Part shown: positions 1-12,108 of the stretch, one piece after another
Position numbering within the stretch: position 1 is the first letter of the stretch
Layout: every line of letters begins with the position of its first letter
Assembly: GCF_009914755.1 (NCBI RefSeq)
Contig: NC_060933.1
Source: the human T2T-CHM13v2.0 reference genome, Homo sapiens
DNA: 64,000 nt
Strand: one strand, 5' to 3'
Position numbers and translations under genes: made by a program
The notes under the pieces: generated by a model
What the model was told of the DNA's origin: nothing
The model's database searches: none
What the model saw: the letters and a program-made list of their open reading frames with translations, nothing else

Positions 1-584
1 TTTATGTTTGAGTATTCTGTGTTTTTATTTGCTAAATGTGGCAAACTTAACACAAAGAAATGTGTATTTTATATTTATATATTATATTTTTCATGATACT
101 TTACCAGAGGAAAGCTCATCTTATTCGATGTAAAAGAGATATAGTATCTTATATTTGAGTATTTGGAATTATAAAGGGAAGGATATCTGGAATGTCAAAT
201 TTCCCAGTGCCAGCCACATTTGAATGCCATAGGTGACCCTAGTAAAAAAGTACCTTCCACAAATATCTCTTTCCAGTTTTAACTCTAGTATCTTACTTAC
301 TCTCCTTTGGCACTTCAAATATTTCTATATTTAAACCTCTCCTACCTCTTTTTCAAATGTGATTTTTTGTTGGGGATAATATCTTAAAAGCATTTCTTCG
401 GATGTAAGATAATTGTTTACACACACATACAGACATTCACAAACACACACACACGCCTTTATTTCTGGGATAAAATAAATCTATTAAATATTGAGTCAAA
501 TTTTTAAAAAGTGTGTTTAATTGACAACTAATCATTGTCACCTTAAATTAGTCAATCAAACAAAATAGTCAAGTACCAAAAAGG

Positions 585-770
585 TGACAGTGGAAAGCAC
601 ATGTAACTTATAATCAGAAAGTCTTTGCTATTTTATTGGTCTGGTGATCATGGACAAGTCATATAGCCTCTTTAGTAACATTGGCATCATAATAATAATA
701 CCTACTACTCAGGATTATTGTGAAAATTGAAAATGGATATAAAAATTATATATCAACTTGTTTCATATAC
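585..770 (+). mobile_element. MIR SINE fragment (diverged)
   Basis: MIR core-like GTGATCATGGACAAGTCA...ATAATAATACCTAC...CAGGATTATTGTGAAAATT; boundaries approximate. Confidence 0.6.
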
Positions 771-929
771 AAAAATATGTAGAAAGCTATTAGTTTATGA
801 GGGCTTTCAGAGGTGTAAATGAGAATGGGATTAATTAGAGTCTGAAGTGCTGCCCTTGTGGGGAGGGAAGAAATTGAGTTAGAGTACTCAGGAAGTGAAA
901 AAGAGAAACAGACAAAAAAAGAGAAAAGA

Positions 930-1096
930 GGCAGACACAGTGGCTCATGCCGGTAATCCCAGCACTTTGGGAGGCTGAGGCAGCAGGATTGCTTGAGCCC
1001 TGGAGTTGGAGGTTATAGTCAGCTATAATCACACCACCACACTCCAGACCAGGTGACAGAGTGACACTGTTTCAAAAAAAAAAAAAAAAAAAAAAA
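930..1096 (+). mobile_element. Free Alu monomer (FAM/FRAM-type) with poly(A) tail
   Basis: GGCAGACACAGTGGCTCATGCC...GGATTGCTTGAGCCC...CACTCCAG...GACAGAGTGACAC then long A tail; single monomer. Confidence 0.85.
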
Positions 1097-1599
1097 GAAA
1101 AGTTGAAAACTATTAAAGTAACAAGACAAATCACAAACTTTCTATGTATTTCTGGGTCTTTCTCACTTCGGATATGAGAAATTAACAGAGAAATAGAATC
1201 AGCTGTTTGGAGTAGAGAAATTAGAAAAGAGAAGGCAGCAGTTAGAGTATAGGAGAGATTCCCGATTATTTCCATTATCTCATTATACAGATTAATGTTA
1301 ATACACAGAATATACTCTGGAACAGAGAAGAAGAAAATACCATATATTGAACAACTGGGAGTGAATTATTTCATTAAAATTTTCACATCAACACACTTAA
1401 TACTTAAGAAGATATGGCAATTGTTATCTCTTTACTTATGAATCCCATCTTCATGCTAACAATTTGCATTAGTACATTACGAGATGGGCAATTTTAAATG
1501 AAAAGATAATTTTTTTTAAGTTTTAAAATTTTCCAACAATGTGTTTTTGGATGCTATATTATATTGAACACTTCATCAAAATAATGAAGTTAATCCAAT

Positions 1600-2700
1600 A
1601 ACTTTAGTAGATGTATTCAATGAGAAAAGGGTGACATTTTAATAAGCAGTGTATCTACGTGGAAGCAATTAAAAATGGATACCCATCTTACACTATTTAT
1701 AAAAGTTAATACCAGTTGAGTTAAATAATTGATTATTTTCTTGCAACAATGCCAAAAAATCTAGGTAGCTGGTGTGTAATACTAGAAACCTACAGTATTT
1801 AAAAACTCAGAGGTAGCTAAATAAAATTTAAACCATTTTTAGAGCAAAAAAATGAGCAAAATTAATAAACACATGGTGTATCTGGAAAAAATGACAATGA
1901 AAATAGCAGGCAATGAGTTTGTTTTAGTAATACACAAAAAGTTCTTATAAACTGACAAGGAAAATGACAAAATATGCAGTATAAAAATGGAAAAAAGCTA
2001 TACATACTCAATGTACAAAAAGCCAATTTAAATACCTAACACTTAGAAAAGGAAAATTCACTAGTTACTAGGAAAATGGAAATGTATATAACAATGATTT
2101 AATCTGAAAAACTATATAATGTTCTAAAACCTAATGCTAGTGTGGTTATGAAATAAAAGGATACTCTCTTAGATGGCTGGTTGAACTGTAAAGCAATTTA
2201 ACCTTGTTTAGCCTCTGTTCCAGAGGGCTCAGTGAATTAATCTTTAAAATGAGAATCTGGCGGTATCTTTCCTAGAAAGCAAATTTTTTTTAAAAAAGCA
2301 ATTCCTTTTCGTAGAAAGCTATTCTATAGAAGCAAATGTGCCAATTTGTAAGAGTCTGTATATAAAGGTATCTATCGCATAATTGTTTAGATTAATAAAA
2401 AATAAAACGATTCTATATATGTATGATTGCATATGTGCATACATAGTGTGTGTACATATATGCACGTACATATATATGTATATGTAAAGAGAGAAAACTT
2501 ATAAAATATTATTTAAAATATGGAGAAAAATACATATGGACAAAGCTAAGTTGTTAATATTGGGATATTTGAGGGCATGGGGATCGGGACAGGCTACCGT
2601 AATCAGGAAGAAGAAAGGCAATAAATCAGTATTTAGAAAATTCCTATGCATGATGTACAAACTAACTAAACATTGAATTAGTGAAACCACATTATAATTT
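1600..2700 (+). mobile_element. Old L1ME-type LINE, ORF2 end/3' UTR fragments
   Basis: Degenerate L1 motifs (TGGATACCCATCTTACACTATTTATAAAAGTTAA; AGCAATTCCTTTTCGTAGAAAGCTATTCTATAGAA); heavily decayed. Confidence 0.55.
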
Positions 2701-3406
2701 TTTTTTAAATGTACCTACATGTAGAGGCAATAACCTTTTTTAAAAAAAGCTCATTGAAAATAAATGTAACAATACTGAATAAAATAAATAAAATAAAGTT
2801 TTGGAGATTAAGTTGGTCATACCTCTAATATAGTCTTTACATTATTTAAAATACGACAAAAGCCAGGAGACTGTTTCAGGCCAAGTATTAGCTAATTGAT
2901 AGGAAATGATCTAGAAATCTGTTTATTTAAGCTAGGCTCTTACAAGTCTTAAAGGCAAATTAGAAATATTGAGTAAAATTGCTTTCAAAGTTAAACTGCC
3001 TTTATTATTTTTTTTTCTTGGTAGTTTTCTTGACTTCACTTAATCTGCTGGAAGCTGATCCTTTTCATGTCCATGTTTAAGGAAGCGTTGAAGGTCACGT
3101 CACTCAAAGCCAACATCAGCAGGCATCCTACCAAGATAATCTCTGAAGAGGTCAGAGGTGAGAATGACACAGAGAAGAGGCAGATTTTACCAGTCCAGTT
3201 CAAGGAATTTCTCACTCTTTCTTATAAGGGAACTCTTTTCAATAGAAAAGGAAAGGTTGCCAGTAAAAAGACAATGGAATTCCTTCCATTTTATGTAGAT
3301 TTATTTTTTTTCATGAGAAAAAGGAATAAAGCATTTATTTTCTCAGTGTTTTAAGGGAAGATATAATGTTTTGTTGAAGGTAGGCTATTTATTTTGGGTT
3401 TACTAG

Positions 3407-3786
3407 TGCTGTGGACTAAATTGTATCCCCTCTCCAAACTTCACATGCTCAAACCCTAACCCCTAATGTGACCATACTTGGAAATAGGTCCTTAAGGATG
3501 TAATAAAGGCTAAATGCATTTATAAGGGTTGGACTCTAATCCAATAGGGCTGGTACCCTTAAAGAAGAGGAAGATATCCAAGAGCTTTCTTTAGGCAGTG
3601 TGAGGACACAGTAAGAAAGTGATCCATCTGCAATCAAGGAAGAGAGTCCTCCCCAGAAACCAAACCCTACTAGAATTTTTATCTTGAACTTACTGGCCTT
3701 CAGAACTGTGAGAAGATAAATCTCTTGATGTTTAAGTCACCTAGTCTATGTTATTTTAGTATGGCAGCCTAGAACCTACTAAGACA
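3407..3786 (+). mobile_element. MLT1A/B-type MaLR solo LTR
   Basis: TG...CA termini, TGCTGTGGACTAAATTGT start, CAGAACTGTGAGAAGATAAAT, ATGGCAGCC...TAAGACA end; 5-bp TSD ACTAG/ACTTG. Confidence 0.9.
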
Positions 3787-4315
3787 ACTTGTAAAACAAT
3801 GTGTCAATGTGCTTTCTATTTCATTTGTATTGGCCTCTATTCTTTTGATATCTAACAGGGGTTATGAATGCTCATTTGAGTTAGCAGTTCCATCATTACC
3901 ATTATTTCTAATTTAATAAGTGTGTTTAATTTCAAATACATTCTGTTCGAAATCTCCTACGATTTTATATTGCAATTTATTTTTTATTTGTATTGAGTAT
4001 TAGGAAAATAAGAATTTGGCATTTTCTACTGTTTCTACTTAAAAATCACATTCATACCATTTATGTAATGTGGAATTTGAAATGAAATAATGATGTTTAA
4101 AGCTTTGTTGATGCAAAATTCATCCTTCATGTATGATTGAAGGTGGATAATTAAAGGTTAATTTCTGGGATTCAGTATTTTAATCTTAGATGAATAAGGA
4201 GCTTTTTGAACATCAATTCCAAAATTTTAATTTTACAAACAGAAACTTTGGCTCAAGGAAATTTAAATGACTTAACCTCAGTTATACTTTTGCTAGTGTT
4301 GATAAAGGGAAAATT

Positions 4316-4807
4316 TGTTGGCAGAGAGGTTGTGAAAGAATAATTGAGAATTGAAACAGAAACCACACTTACTGAATCACAGAGATAAATGGTATCAGAA
4401 AAAAAAATCATTATGTTTATCACAGACATTTCTAAACTCATGATTTTAGCACCAGTGGTTTGTTTAGACCCATGTGGTTTTGATAAGACCACACACAAAC
4501 TGATTAACAGTGGTTCCACATGGTCTCATAAATTTTAAAGGTAAGGACCTCTGACAGTTCCAGCAATACACTGGTTTACACAATCTGACCCATTTCTCCA
4601 GAATCATCCAATGACTCCAGCACCCAAAACTCTGTAAGCAACTTTTCTTCAGTTTTATCCTACCCCTTTTGATGCATCCCATGATCTCTCATGCTGTGTT
4701 TTTTTGTGATTTGTTTTTTGTTTTTGCTGTAAGAAGCAATAACTTACCTTTGTTGATCACAGATGTGTTCCTGGTAGTCTTTGAATGATGGGAACAGAGA
4801 CTGTCCA
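4316..4807 (+). mobile_element. Probable ERV1-class solo LTR (MER31/MER67-like 3' end)
   Basis: TG...CA termini with 4-bp flanks AATT/AATC; LTR-type 3' end AATAACTTACCTTTGTT...CAGATGTGTTCCTGGTAGTCTTTG; subfamily uncertain. Confidence 0.5.
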
Positions 4808-5048
4808 AATCGAGAATTAGAAAATGTATAATTTTTGGATTCTTTTCGAGAAAGACACCCTCCATTAACTCTTAGATCTTATCCTACCAAAGAAACTACG
4901 GTTTTTTTCAAATCTGATTTCTGTCTTTCCATTTCGGCCTTTATTTGTTTATTTTCATTTTGAAGACTATTAATTATGTCACTTAACGGGGGAACATCTT
5001 CAAGGATATTAGTTTCTGAATTCTGCACATATGGCAAAAATTGTAGTA

Positions 5049-5377
5049 CAGTTGTCCCTTAGTATCCATGGAAGATTAGTCCCAGGACCTCCTGTGGATC
5101 TCAAAATCTGCAGATCCTCAAATCCCTGATATAAAATGGCACAGTATTTACATGTAATCTATGGACACCCTCCATATACTTTAGATCATCTCTAGATTAT
5201 TTATAATACTTAGTACAATGTAAATGCTATGTAAATTGGTGTTGTACTGCACTGTTTAAGGCAGAATGACAAAAATAAAGACTATATATGTCAATGTAGA
5301 AGCTTTTTTTTTCAACATTTTTGGTCCAGAATTGGTTGAATCCACAGACGCAGAACCCAGATAGAGAGGTCAGACTG
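5049..5377 (+). mobile_element. MER2 (TcMar-Tigger non-autonomous DNA transposon)
   Basis: TA|CAGTTGTCCCTTAGTATCCATGG...GAGGTCAGACTG|TA; internal ATCATCTCTAGATTA...AATGTAAATGCTATGTAAAT. Confidence 0.9.
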
Positions 5378-5660
5378 TAATCACAAAGCTCTAGAAAAAT
5401 TATCCTGAATTCTTAATTTAAAATAGTATATATTGTTTTGGGTAGATATACATATTTAAAATAATAAATTATGTGCCAAATATAGTTATGATATATTTAT
5501 GAACCAAAATATATATAAAATGATGCACCAAATATTACACATTGTACATACACATGTTATAATTTGATAGGTCAATTTAAATAATTATTTTTATTTTTCT
5601 GTTTTTCATGAGCTTCCATAGATAAGTGAAATTCACAAGCAATATAAATGTATGGTAATA

Positions 5661-5977
5661 CAATCAGGTATTCCTTAACGATGGGGATACATTCTAAGAA
5701 ATGTGTCATTAGGTGATTTTATTGTTTTGTGAACATCATGGAATGTACTTATACAAACCTGGATGGTATAGCCTACTGCACACCTAAGCTATGTGGCATA
5801 GCCTATTGCTCCCAGGCTACAAACCTGTACAGCATGTTACTGTTCTGAATAGTGTAGACAATAATGCATTAGGACAACTGTGACAGCTATAATGGCTGTG
5901 ACATCACCAGGCAATAGGTATTTTTCAGCCCCGTTATATTCTTATAGGGTCACTGTTGTAAATGTGGTGCATGACTA
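5661..5977 (+). mobile_element. Tigger3 (Golem/MER7)-derived element
   Basis: CTTAACGATGGGGATACATTCT...ACAAACCTGGATGGTATAGCCTAC...GGCTACAAACCTGTACAGCATGTTACTG...GTGCATGACTA; TA flanks. Confidence 0.85.
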
Positions 5978-6355
5978 TATATATTTGTTTTATTTGAATG
6001 CATACTATTTCCTAGGCTATTTATTGCACCAATATACCCTAAAATGCTGCATTAGGAAAAATTTGAATTATTTATTAAATGGTCATGCTAAGAGGGAGTG
6101 TGGAAGATCTACAAAAGCTACAATGCTACTGTAGCTACTATCAACAACTAACCAGGTTATCCTCAAAAGACTCCAAACATGCATTTTCAAATTATCTTAG
6201 GAACACAAAATTTAGGAAGATTTAAAATAAAATATAGAATAATACTTACAATAAAATATAGAATAATTCCGTATGTGGGAGCATTAGATTTTTGTCAGAA
6301 TTTAAATGTCAAAAGACCATATTAAAATATACTAGATTGTTCAGTGAAGATATGC

Positions 6356-6560
6356 AACAGTATAGTAGAAAAACTTTTGTTGTTTGAGTCTGAAAATAGT
6401 ATTTAAATTTGACTATTTCAGATACTTGCAGTATCATCATGGACAAATTACATAAAATCTATAAGGTAACATTTGGTCCTCATGTTAATAGATGTCCTCT
6501 CTTCAGGATTATTGTAAGGGTCAGTGGGTATTCCAATTTTGTGAGCTATGATGTACTAGG
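6356..6560 (+). mobile_element. MIR fragment
   Basis: ACAGTATAGTAGAAAAA...TTTGAGTCTGAAAA...CATGGACAAATTAC...CAGGATTATTGTAAGG. Confidence 0.5.
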
Positions 6561-6742
6561 AATCTATGCTTATATTCAATTAAAATTAGAAATTGTAAAA
6601 TCATAGTGTAAAGTAAGCAATATATTTCAAAACTTAAATATTTCATGATAGAAGTATCTTTTTCATGAAAATAAATATTTTATATCATGTGTTAACTGTC
6701 ATGTTCAATTAAATATTGGCTGCAAAGATGTAGTCAAAAACA

Positions 6743-6890
6743 CAGCTCTACCACATTGCAGCTACATGACCTTAGTAAAATCACTTATCCTTTCTGAACT
6801 TCAGTGTTCTCATTTGCAAGTTTGGGATAAAAAAGAGAAAAGTGGAAAAATTACAATAAAATGAGGCTACTAGATATAAAGACTATATGA
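6743..6890 (+). mobile_element. MIR fragment
   Basis: CAGCTCTACCAC...TGACCTTAGTAAAATCACTTATCCTTTCTGAACTTCAGTGTTCTCATTTG core. Confidence 0.75.
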
Positions 6891-8416
6891 AAAAACTGTG
6901 CCTGATCCCTTCCACCCTTTCTTCAATTCCTTGGTATGTCAACATTTCCCCATTCTCTTTCTCAGCCTCCTGTTTCCTCCCCATGAGTAGTCCTCCACCT
7001 TTCATGTCATGGCTAGAAAACAAAACAAAACGAAAAGACTATTTCCCAGGTCTCTAGGCAAATTCCCCTCACTTTTCCAAAATAGTTCAGCCTAGACATA
7101 CTTACGTTTTCATATAAGAGGTTCTGTTCCACCTGATAAAGAATTATCTTCAGCCTTTTCTTCCTATGCAAACAAATTAAAGGTATAAAAACAGAGAACA
7201 TAAAGAGATGGCTTACTTTAAAAAAAAATTCTCTCCTAGATTTTTAATACATGCCTTCTCACTAAATATTCTTGTTTATTATTTGGAAGATTATAAGGCA
7301 CTACAACTATATATTTTCACAATAAACTTTTTATCCATTTTCATTCAAATGAGACTTCCTTGCAACTCAATGTAGTATTGACTTTTAGAAGCCAACCAAG
7401 AGCAATAAATCAAGGTTAGTGCACGTTATATTGTCCCTTAACCTGAGAGTCAAATGAATCTTCTGCATCATTGCTGATATAATAAATATATTTGAATGTG
7501 TTTTACTCAGAAATCAGATGCATTATTATCGCACGTAACAAAATGTCTTTTGCTACACCTCAACATTCAGTATGAGCTTACAAATTATAGAAACATTTTT
7601 AAGAAGATTTTAACCTAGTATGAATTACTTTCCATTTTCTTTTATAAATGTTGATAGGAAAGACTAACAAAAAATGTCTTAATAGCCTGTCAGTTGTAAT
7701 AGGAACATATACTGAATTAAATACGGATTAAGAAGCATAAGCACTGAGTTGACATTAGTAACTAAAGACAGAGAATACTCAATTATGCAATGAATTCAGA
7801 TTATGTAGGCAATATAGGAAATTATGAGAGAGAAATCCCAAAATATTTTTCCCCTTTTGGCAGCAGAATTTTTAAGTTGTAAATTAATGAGATTGGATTT
7901 TATGCTTTCCCCTTCATGTTGTCTTACTTTAAATATCCATAAATCATATCTAATTCTTTTCTAGCCAAAATGAATGAAATGACAAAAGCTTTTAATAATT
8001 CATAAAGCGGCAAAAGAAACAACCTAAAATTATATTCAGCAAACAAAGCAGAAATTCTATGATTTCTTCTTTTAATTTATACCAGCATTTTTATGGTAAT
8101 TATAAAAACATATGTCTAGTTCACGTGATTTATTTAGCTTTAAGTATTTTACAGCGACTCTGACTTTGTGCAGACAGGTAGAACTAAAGTTCATATTTAC
8201 ATTGGGAAAAATCATATTATACCAAATGTTTCGATTGGGGTGAGTGCTTGAGTTTAAATAATAGTGGCTTATTTACATTCCATCACAAATGAATATTTCT
8301 TTGGGATTTATTTATTGCTTGGTCTTAAATGAAGCTTCATAGATGTTGGTATAAGCATTACATTTTAATCTTAACAGGCTATGACGCCTGCATTGAACTT
8401 TTTCTACTTTGAAGAC

Positions 8417-8838
8417 TACTGTGAACTGAATTGTATCACACCCACCCTTTCCCAGAGTCCCCGAGAATTCACATGTTGAAGCCGTTACCCACCATGTGAC
8501 TGTTTTGGGAGACAGAGCCTTAAAAGAGGTAATTAAGGTTAAATGAGGCTGTAAGGATTGGGCCCTAATCCCTTAAAACTGGTGTTCTCAAAAGAAGAGG
8601 AAGAGACATGAAGAAGCTTTTTCTGAACACTTGTGCATCGAGAAAGTCTTGGGTGGGCAGAGCAAGAAGGTACTGTCTGCAAGTCGAGGAGAAAGGCCTC
8701 ATAATTACCAAGACTACTAGCACCTTGAGCTTGGACTTTCAGACTTCTAGCCTCCAGAATTGTGAGCAAATACATTTCTGTTGTTTAAGCCACCCCATCT
8801 GTGTGATTTTATTATGGCAGCCTGAACTGACGTATGCA
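8417..8838 (+). mobile_element. MLT1A/B-type MaLR solo LTR
   Basis: GAGGTAATTAAGGTTAAATGAGG, GGGCCCTAATCC, GACTTCTAGCCTCCAGAATTGTGAG, TTTAAGCCACCC, ATGGCAGCC. Confidence 0.9.
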
Positions 8839-9269
8839 TGCACTTAGTCTCACTTTTGAGTCTCATCTCCCTCTCTTGTAATTACATTCATTTTAGTATC
8901 TTTCACTTACGACCTTGCTGCTTCTTATTTGTCTCTCATATTTACCTGCTAGAATTCTACCTAGGCTTTAAAGCCTATGTTAGATCCACCTTTAAATAGA
9001 TTTACTTCCTCTTTCCCATGTATTCTCCTCCCCCAATAGTATGTAATCTTTCCTACTTGGAACCCCTTAACACTTTTGATATTTGTTACAATATATCAAC
9101 TCACATTTTAGCTATTTGTCATTTATCTTATCATCTCTGTTAGATTTGTTAAAAATACATTATATTAGTGAATTCTTTCTGCAGGCCTACCATATGCCAA
9201 CTTATGATTACCTGCTGGGTGTCTTTGTTGCTATGGTTAGGTGGAAGTTAGAAAAAAATGTTATTATTA

Positions 9270-9465
9270 CCATTAGGTAGAAATTAGAGAAAGGCAAATC
9301 TCAAGTCAATGTGAGGAAGTTCTTTCTTGCAGCCAAAAGTGCCAAAAAGTAATCAATAGTATTTCTCCATCACTGGAGGTTTTCAGACAAGATGTCAGAG
9401 ATGGCAGTCAGTCTCTTATGAAGAACAATGAGATCTGATTACCTCCATGTTTCTTTTCAGTTATT
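9270..9465 (+). mobile_element. L3/CR1 (MIR3-like) 3' fragment
   Basis: AATGTGAGGAAGTTCTTTCT...CTCCATCACTGGAGGTTTTCAGAC resembles the CR1/L3 3' end. Confidence 0.55.
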
Positions 9466-10329
9466 GTATACACTGCTTTTAAAGAAAATATTCAGTAATA
9501 TTTTGTTCTACTTACTTGAGTTGGTTGAGTAGCAGGGTAGCTAACTAGTATAATCCACATGCAATTATCAGCAAATTGCAAGATGTGTAACTAAACAAAG
9601 GTAAACAACACACACTAATTTATATCTGACTACACCGTATGACTTTCTTTATGCTGGATCCTTTATGTGGAACTCACGTGAGCTCACTAATGAATTTGCG
9701 GGGATAAGAATCAATTCTCTCATTTAGAAAGAAGAAGCTATGTAAAATTTTGCCCCAGATTCTTTACTTAAAATAGTTCCCAGTAGAGAACATTTTCTTT
9801 CTAATTTTTCTTCTCACTCCAGCTGCCTAAAAATCCTTTTTTTCCCTTGCTATCATTCTATGAATTATTCTGTGTCTGGCCTTAATATAAAATTTCATGA
9901 AACAATGGGATATATAGATATCTTTAGGGATATCTCTGTCTCTATAGATGTACCTACATTTTAATGGAGATTTAGGAATGCAAAGGAAAATATTAGTAGG
10001 CTGAAAAGAACTGGCCTGAAGATAACTTTTATGATATTTATATTAAAAAATTAAGCTGATAACTAATGTAAGTTTCAAGTGACCTACTTGACACATCATT
10101 TTAAGTTAATTACTAGTTATTCTAATCTTTCATAGCATGTGTGAAAAATGATACAATGGATCATAGAGCCATTACTTGGATGAGTTTTGCATCTTTAACA
10201 GAAAACATATTTTAATACAATGTTTACTAAATTAAATTCAGTTTCTTCCCAATTAATCTAGTTTGAGAATTTTATGATTATTGTAACATTCTAATCATTA
10301 TGTAAAGATTTCACATTTATTCTCTCTCT

Positions 10330-10754
10330 TCTGAAGGAAGATTATACATCTATATACCCTTTACTATGCAATTTGTCTGCTTTCCATAAAATAAGTATAT
10401 CCCTACACCCAACTGACTTTGGGCTTGGCTATGTGACTTTGCCTGGTCAATAAAATATGAGCAAAAGGGATAGTGCACCAGTTCTGCGGAAAAGCTTTAC
10501 TAACCACTGCACATATCTGCCAGTTTCTATTTTGACTATTACTGTGAAGAATGGCATATACTGAGAGAGGCTGCCCCTTTAGCCTTTGCTCCACAATGAG
10601 AAAACATGTGGAGTGGGCCTACACTCTCAATCAGAAAACCCAAGTCTGACACACAGCCTTAAGTGGAATTGTAGCTGACTTGAAGACCATCTACTAAGAG
10701 AGACAGAAGTTTACTGTTCTAAGCCTCTGAGATTTGGAATTATTTGACTAACAC
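10330..10754 (+). mobile_element. Old MLT1 (I/J-type) MaLR LTR
   Basis: GACTTTGGGCTTGGCTATGTGACTTTGCCTGGTCAATAAAAT; TAAGCCTCTGAGATTTGG; GACTAACACA end. Confidence 0.8.
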
Positions 10755-10944
10755 AGAGAATTTAGATATTCTATTTCCTATAATTAAATGTCTAATAAAC
10801 ATAGTCTACTATTTAAGACCTGGCTGTTGACTGGGATTCAAGAGACTTCTAAATCTAGCTTAAATTAATGAATTTATCTGTTTAGAATATTTAAAAATTC
10901 AACAAATTATGTTTTTAGGCTACTATCCTTTAAAATGTGACCCT

Positions 10945-12071
10945 AGAGGCTTCCATTTCTAGGTAAATAGAGTAGATGTACTTAACTCTTTCTATTACGT
11001 ACAACTACAAACCAGGACATTTTATGTAAAACAAGCATCAGAAGACTATGAAAGATATAGAGAAGAAGGCAGACTGTCCAGAGACCTGGGAAACAGAAGT
11101 AACAGTGATAACTACTCTGGGTTTTTATTTTGTCTCCTATATCTGAGACTTGAAGCTAAAGAAACTGGCAACACAGAAATACCAATGAACATAGACAAAA
11201 GCCTGCTCTCTCTAGCCAAAGTAAAATGAAAGGGGTAACCAGGCAGAACAAAAAACTTTTAGACAATCACTACTCTAGTCTAGCCAAATATCATAGAAGA
11301 AAAATGTCACCCCACCCCTACCACACTAGCCAAGGCCGAGTGAAGAATTTAGACTTCACTCTTGTAAGGTTGTAATGAGGGAATTCAATGTCTCCACTGG
11401 GTTTATGTAGGAGAAGGCCAAGTAGGAGTGGGAATTTCATCCCTGCTGGATAGAAACAAGGAGGCTTTCCCCTTTCCCCACTAGAATGGTGTCAAAGGCA
11501 ACCTAGTGGAGAGTCATAACATTTACTACTGCCCAGTTGTAATGAGGCCACTCTTGCCACCATGTCAGTGGAGACCACATGAGGACCAGGAGCTTCCAAT
11601 ATTCCTGGCAATAAAGGTGAACTTTCCTTACCTTTGGGTGTCAATAGAAGCTAGATTTCTACCACTTTTTGTCAATAACGGGTCAATGTTTCTGTTCCCC
11701 CTTTTCCCTGCTAGAATAGAGTGGACAGAATATTCACAACAGAATAGAGTGGACAATGGAAAGGATGAGTAAACTGAAAAATAGTATAATAGAAATTATT
11801 CAATCTGAACATCAGAGAAAAGATACAATGGTAGGGGGAGGAATGCAACCTTAGGAACCTATGGGACTTTAACTTTCATATCACTGGAGTCTCAGAAAAA
11901 GAAGAGAAAGAGAGCAAGGCTGAAAATGTATAGGCTAATTGAAAATAAAATGATAAGAAAATGATATGCCATGCAAACATTTATCAAAGAAAAGTAGTAG
12001 TGGCTATAATACCATCAGATAAAGTAGACTACAGGGCAAAGAAAATTACCAGAGAGGGAGAGAGAGAAGAA

Positions 12072-12108
<37 letters not shown>

